Shown here piece by piece: positions 49,415 through 54,623 of a DNA stretch of 54,623 nucleotides. Position numbers and translations under genes: made by a program. How positions within the stretch are numbered: position 1 is the first letter of the stretch; every line of letters begins with the position of its first letter. Below the pieces are notes generated by a model. That model was not told the DNA's origin, did no database searches, and saw only the letters and a program-made list of their open reading frames with translations. This stretch comes from Guillardia theta CCMP2712 (taxonomy: Eukaryota; Protista; Cryptophyta): positions 460,645 to 515,267 of the forward strand of contig NW_005434633.1 of assembly GCF_000315625.1 (NCBI RefSeq). Reading direction: 5' to 3'.

Positions 49415-49646
49415 AGATCAAGGGAGAAACTTAAAGAGCAGGAGGAGGGGGAGGAGCAGGAGGAGGGGGAGGAGCAGGAGGAGGGGGAGGAGCAGGAGGA
49501 GGGGGAGGAGCAGGAGGAGAAGGAGGAGGAGACCTAGACTGCTTCTTCACCGTCCACTCCCCACTTGTCGCTGGTTCCAGAAGGTAGGAGGATGGCTGTG
49601 TAGAACATCATCGAGTGTGTACGTGTGAGGACGGGAGCAAGCAGGG

Positions 49647-50381
49647 ATGAAGGAGGAGCCGGTTGACGTGGAGGATCTTAGCAGCTGGATCCCATGCAGG
49701 ATGGTCGGTCGCTTCGCCCCTGTGCAGGGCTTCTTCCTCGCTGACGGCGCCTTCGTCCGCTTCAAGAGCGCTGCGAGCCTGAGACAGCTGTCTACCGACC
49801 TCGCGGTGCCCACCAGCTCCATCATGGCGTGTACCACGGAGGGATGCGCGCTCTCTGTCGCCGTTCTCGGCATGGCGGGGAAGGGCCTTTCCTTCGAGTA
49901 CCACTCTCCTGCGCTCTGCTGCCAGGCGGCTCTGCTCCTTGCTCAGGCAGGGGAAGGGAGCGAGGAGCCCCTGGCGACTGACACGCCGAGTCAGAGGGAG
50001 GAGGAAGCTGACTGTGCCGTTCTGGACGAGGTCATCCTGAGCAGTCGACTTGGCCCCCTGGTAGGGGAGGAGCTGCGGCTGCTTGCATGGGAGAGGTGCA
50101 TGTGCACGTCGGGTACTGAGGCAACGAAGGCCATGCAGAGGCCGGGAGTACTGTATGTGTGCGAGAAAGCGCTGTTCTTCGTGCCGGATCGCTACTGCAA
50201 GAGCAACTCGATCTCTTCTCTCAAGAGAAACTCCGTCATCATCTCCATCAAGGACATCTTGAACGTGCTCGAAGTTTTCGGTGGGATTGTTGTGGAGTGC
50301 AGGAGGGAAAAATCTTCGACGGCTGCACGCGTGATGTTTCAGTTCAGCCTTGACAAAGACTGGGAGGTAGTATGATGATGA

Positions 50382-50415
<34 letters not shown>

Positions 50416-50660
50416 GGTGGTGGTGGTGGTGGTGGTGGTGGTGGTGATGATGATGATGATGATGATGATGATAATGATGATGATTATGAGGAGGAGGAGG
50501 AGGAGGAGGAGGAGGAGGAGGAGGAGGAGGAGGAGGAGGAGGAGGAGGAGGAGGAGGAGGNNNNNNNNNNNNNNNNNNNNNNNNNNNNNNNNNNNNNNNN
50601 NNNNNNNNNNNNNNNNNNNNNNNNNNNNNNNNNNNNNNNNNNNNNNNNNNNNNNNNNNNN

Positions 50661-50749
<89 letters not shown>

Positions 50750-51204
50750 GCACGAGAGGAAGAGGAGGAGAGGAAGCGGAGGAAACCAAGAGGGGGGGAT
50801 GAAGGAGTCCGAGAAGAGAGGAGATGATCGGGGCAACGGGCACAGTGCCAGGACGAAGCTGCAGGTTGTGATGGACGAGAGTGGTGGAGAGAGGAGAGGG
50901 GCAGGAGATTGGAGGAGAGTGCAGGAGAGGGGAAGTAGAGGGAGAGAAGGGGGTGAGTCCAGGGCAGAGCAGAGCAGAGAAAGCTATCAGTTCGCTATGA
51001 TTCCAATTGTTGTTTCTTTGCTCTTTCTGGGATCCAGGCACTTCTAAAGAGTATCTTGTCTGCCCGTAGGTACTGTCAGTCTCTCAACTACATCGCGGGG
51101 ATTGTTGTTACTCTTTTCGACGATGAGGAGGTGAATTCATGTCTGTTTGAAGTTCATGCTCAACTTCACAAGCACTCATCATCATCATCATCATCGTCAC
51201 CATT

Positions 51205-51241
<37 letters not shown>

Positions 51242-51291
51242 CCATCACCATCACCATCACCATCACCATCACCATCACCATCATCACCATC

Positions 51292-51323
<32 letters not shown>

Positions 51324-53239
51324 CATCACCATCACCATCATCATCATCATCTTACACCCACTCACCCTTTTCTACTTCTACTTCTACCTATATACAATGC
51401 ATCGCTATCCTACCCAATCATTTATTCCTCTCCCCGTATCCTCCCTTTCCCTTCTTCGACTCCATTGACATCAAGGCTACAAACTGCATTACCCCTTTAT
51501 CCTCCTCTCTTCCTACTCTGTTCTTCTCCTGCACCCCTCCCCTCTCCTACATTCTCCTTCTTATCCCACTTCTACCCTCTCCATGATTGTTGACATCGTC
51601 TCTTCAGGATTGTTTTTGGGTTTTTCTTGCCATCTTACACAACGTGATGCCGAAGAGTTACTATGCCGACCTCTCGGGAGTCCTGCAAGACGTCAGGGTA
51701 GCAAGAGTTGAAGTTGAGGTGATTGATGCCGATGACGCAGGTCAAAGTGTTGAACCTCCTCCTCGAAAGCAACTTGAAGTCGGTACGTGCATCCCTCCCT
51801 CCCTCCCTCCCTCCCTCCCTCCCTCCCTCCCTCCCTCCCCTCCCTCCCTCCCCTCTCTCTCCCTCTCCTCTCCCCCTCCCTCTGATCGCTACCAGGTGAA
51901 GGACAAGCTTGAGCTCGTACACCTTCCGCTCTCCTCCTTCGCTGCCCAGTGGTTCATGTGTGCATACGTCAACGTCCTGCCTCCTACCTCGGTAGATTAT
52001 TCTTGTGCCCTCCCTTCCATCCCCCACCCATCATCATCATCGTCACAACCAACTACTCCTCCTCCTAAACCACCCTTCTCAATATCCCTCTTCATCCTCC
52101 TCTTTCCTCCATTTCCTCCTTCACCACCATCACCACCTAACCCTCCTCCCTCCTCCCTCCTCCCTCCTCCCTCCTCACTCCTCACTCCTTCTGCTTCTGC
52201 TTGCCTGCCTACTCATCTTCCTTCAGGTCATCAGGATTTGGGACTTCATCTTCGTAGAAGGAGCTGTCGCGCTCTTTCGCGTCGCACTTGCGCTCCTGAA
52301 AGTGAGAGCAGAGCAGAGCAGAGCAGAGCAGAGCAGAGCAGAAGGAAGTTAGTGGAGGCAGGGAAGTAGTAACGGGAGAGAGGATAGAGGAGGACTAAAG
52401 TTATTGGGAATGTGTTGGGTTGCAATGGTAATCAAGCAGTGCAGACAAATTAGGAGTAGCGGGAAGACCGTGAAGAGGACTAGAGATAACAAGGAGGAGG
52501 AGGAGGAGAGTGAGGAGGAGGAGGAGGAGGAGAGTGAGGAGGAGGAGGAGGAGGATGAGGTCGAGGGCAAGGAGGAGGAGGGTGTGGAGGGGAATGTTTG
52601 TCTAACAGGCTAGCAGGCGGTCGAAGGGGAACTGAGCATGGCGGTGGAGATGGAGGATGCGCTGATGGCGCTGCAGGTGAAACATAAAGGAGGAGGGAGG
52701 GAGAGGAGGGAGGGAGAGACGGAGAGAAGGATGGGAGGGGGGGAACGAGGATGGAAGGGAGGTAGAAGGGAGGAGAGAAGAAGGAAAGAAGGAGGGAGAA
52801 AGGTGGGTTTGACGATTTCCTGATTTCGCTGCAGAGGTCAAAGAGCTTAGAAATCGAGACGATCCTGCAGGTCAGTGTTCCTCCTCCTCCTGGTCACTTA
52901 GTTCCTCTAGTTACTCCCATTCCTGATTCTCGTCCAGAGCTAGTTTTTCACTTCATCTCTTCTCCTCTCTCCCTCCCTCCCTCCCTCCCTCCCTCCCTCC
53001 CTCCCCATCCTCCTCTCTCCCTCCCTCCCTCCCCATCCTCCTCTCTCCCTCACTCCCTCACTCTCTCCCTCCCTCACTCCCTCCCTCCCTCCCTCACTCA
53101 CTCCCCATCCTCTTTCCCCCTCCCTGCTTGCTCATCGTCTTGTCAGATCGCTCAGGCTTGTTTCGGGGAGCAAGTGGTCGACCTCTCGCTCCTGATGCAG
53201 TTGAGGCATCGTGTCTTGTTGTCCAACTCAAAGCATTGA
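49647..53239 (+). CDS. TBC-domain Rab GTPase-activating protein with N-terminal PH/GRAM-like region; spans an assembly gap
   Basis: YCQSLNYIAG, DCFWVFLAIL...MPKSYY, QWFMCAYVNVLP and VIRIWDFIFVEG..ALFRVALALLK. GRAM-like PGVLYVCEKALFF. Confidence 0.8.
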
Positions 53240-53312
53240 ACCATCAACCTCTGTATTCAACAAGAAAAACTTCCTCCTCCTCCTCCTCCCTCTACTTCCT
53301 CCTCCTCCCTCT

Positions 53313-53349
<37 letters not shown>

Positions 53350-53358
53350 CCTCCCTCT

Positions 53359-53395
<37 letters not shown>

Positions 53396-53463
53396 AATCC
53401 TGCTCCTCTCCCTCCCTCTCCCCCATCCTCTCCCGTCCTCTTCCTCCTCCTCCTCCTCCTCCA

Positions 53464-54430
53464 TCACTCCCACACTCTAATCGTCTTGTCCATAGAGCAG
53501 GAGAACAATCTCCCTCGCGCACACAGCAGACTGTTGATGTAGGACGTGTGGCCCCGCAACACCTGCCCCTCCCTCAGCTCCTCTCCAACTCCTTCCCACC
53601 AACTCCTTTCCAACTCATTTCAAGGTCCTCCCACCACCCTTCCCGCTTCCTCCCCACCACCCTCCTCACCAACCTCCCAGCTCTAGTCCAGCTGGCTATA
53701 CCTGGATGCAGTCGTGGAACTCCACGTCCCAGATTCGGATCGTCTTGTCGTCTGAGCCGCTGATGAGCTGACCGCCAACCTGCTGGGGCTCAGCTGGGGG
53801 AGGGGAGGAGGAAAGGGGGAGGATCAACGAGGCGAGGTGGACAAGCAAGGGGATGAGGACGTGGAAAAGGAAGAAGCGGAAGGGGAGAGCAGCAGGAGCA
53901 GGAGCAGGAGCAGGAGCATGAGCGGGAGAGCAGCAGGAGCAGGAGCGGGAGCTGGAGCAGGAGCAGGAGCAGAAGCTGGAGCTTGAGCTGGAGCAGGGGT
54001 ATGGGCAGGGAAGGAGCAGGAACGATGCTTGTCGGCTTCTCACCGAGGACAAGGCTCGGACGAAGTCAGAGTGGCCGCTTATCTTACTCTTTACCTGCGA
54101 CAGCGAAGGGAGGAGGCGATCAGAAGTGAAGGAGAGGAGGCGATCAGAAGTGAAGGAGAGGAAGAGAGGAAGAGAGGAAGAGTGCAGGACAGGGAGCAGG
54201 AGAGCAGGACAACGTTGTTGAAGGTGCAAGGAGAGGAGAAGGGAGGAGGACGGGAGGGAGGAGGAGGGGTTCCTGAAGCAAGGAGGAGGGGGTTCTTGAA
54301 GGGAAGAGGAGGTTGTTGAAGCACCTGCATGGACTTGAGATCCCACAGTCGTATGCTGCTGTCGACTGCTGAGGTGTAGAGACGATCGCCAATCATGTGA
54401 TGCCCAAAGACTCCCGAGGTGTTTCCTGAC
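53464..54430 (-). CDS. WD40-repeat protein, 3' part
   Basis: LYTSAVDSSIRLWD; GHSDFVRAL; LISGSDDKTIRIWD; VLRGHTSYINSL...LFSCSMDKTIRVWE*. Confidence 0.9.
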
Positions 54431-54493
54431 TGAAAGGTGAGGGAGAGAGCAGTAGGTGAGGGAGGAGGAGGAGGGGGAGGAGGAGGAGGGGAA

Positions 54494-54585
<92 letters not shown>

Positions 54586-54623
54586 CTTAGACGAAAGAAG
54601 GAAGAAGACAGCAATGACAACAT

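Noticed and set aside
47888-50375. Fusion of the signal-peptide gene with the TBC gene
   Set aside because: Small exon-like blocks exist at 48930-49590, but continuity cannot be established from sequence alone.

Overview
This is eukaryotic nuclear DNA with short GT-AG introns, microsatellite-filled introns and six 100-N assembly gaps. Gene content and style suggest a cryptophyte such as Guillardia theta (inference). Recognisable genes are PIG-O, a UVR-motif coiled-coil protein, a stand-alone PPIE-type RRM protein, a signal-peptide-bearing eIF5-domain protein, an LRR protein, RNase H2 subunit C, a GRAM/PH-TBC Rab-GAP and a WD40 protein. The most striking region is 3.4-13.5 kb. It holds six near-identical small helix-turn-helix (HTH) genes, with a diverged seventh at ~39 kb. 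Several sit head-to-head, across intergenic regions sharing conserved motifs, with a family of 59-69 aa microproteins (consensus LxxLxASIxxI..LGxxxxL-stop); the two 59-aa members fall below the ORF-track cutoff. The array was expanded by a 2.8-2.9 kb tandem duplication with 9-bp junction microhomology. The 36-47 kb region is repeat-rich: an AT-rich decayed island with possible terminal inverted repeats, a DKDKLIA-repeat gene, CxHxRxRxxCxxC zinc repeats and a zinc-knuckle relic. All gene models were read by eye; no database searches were run.
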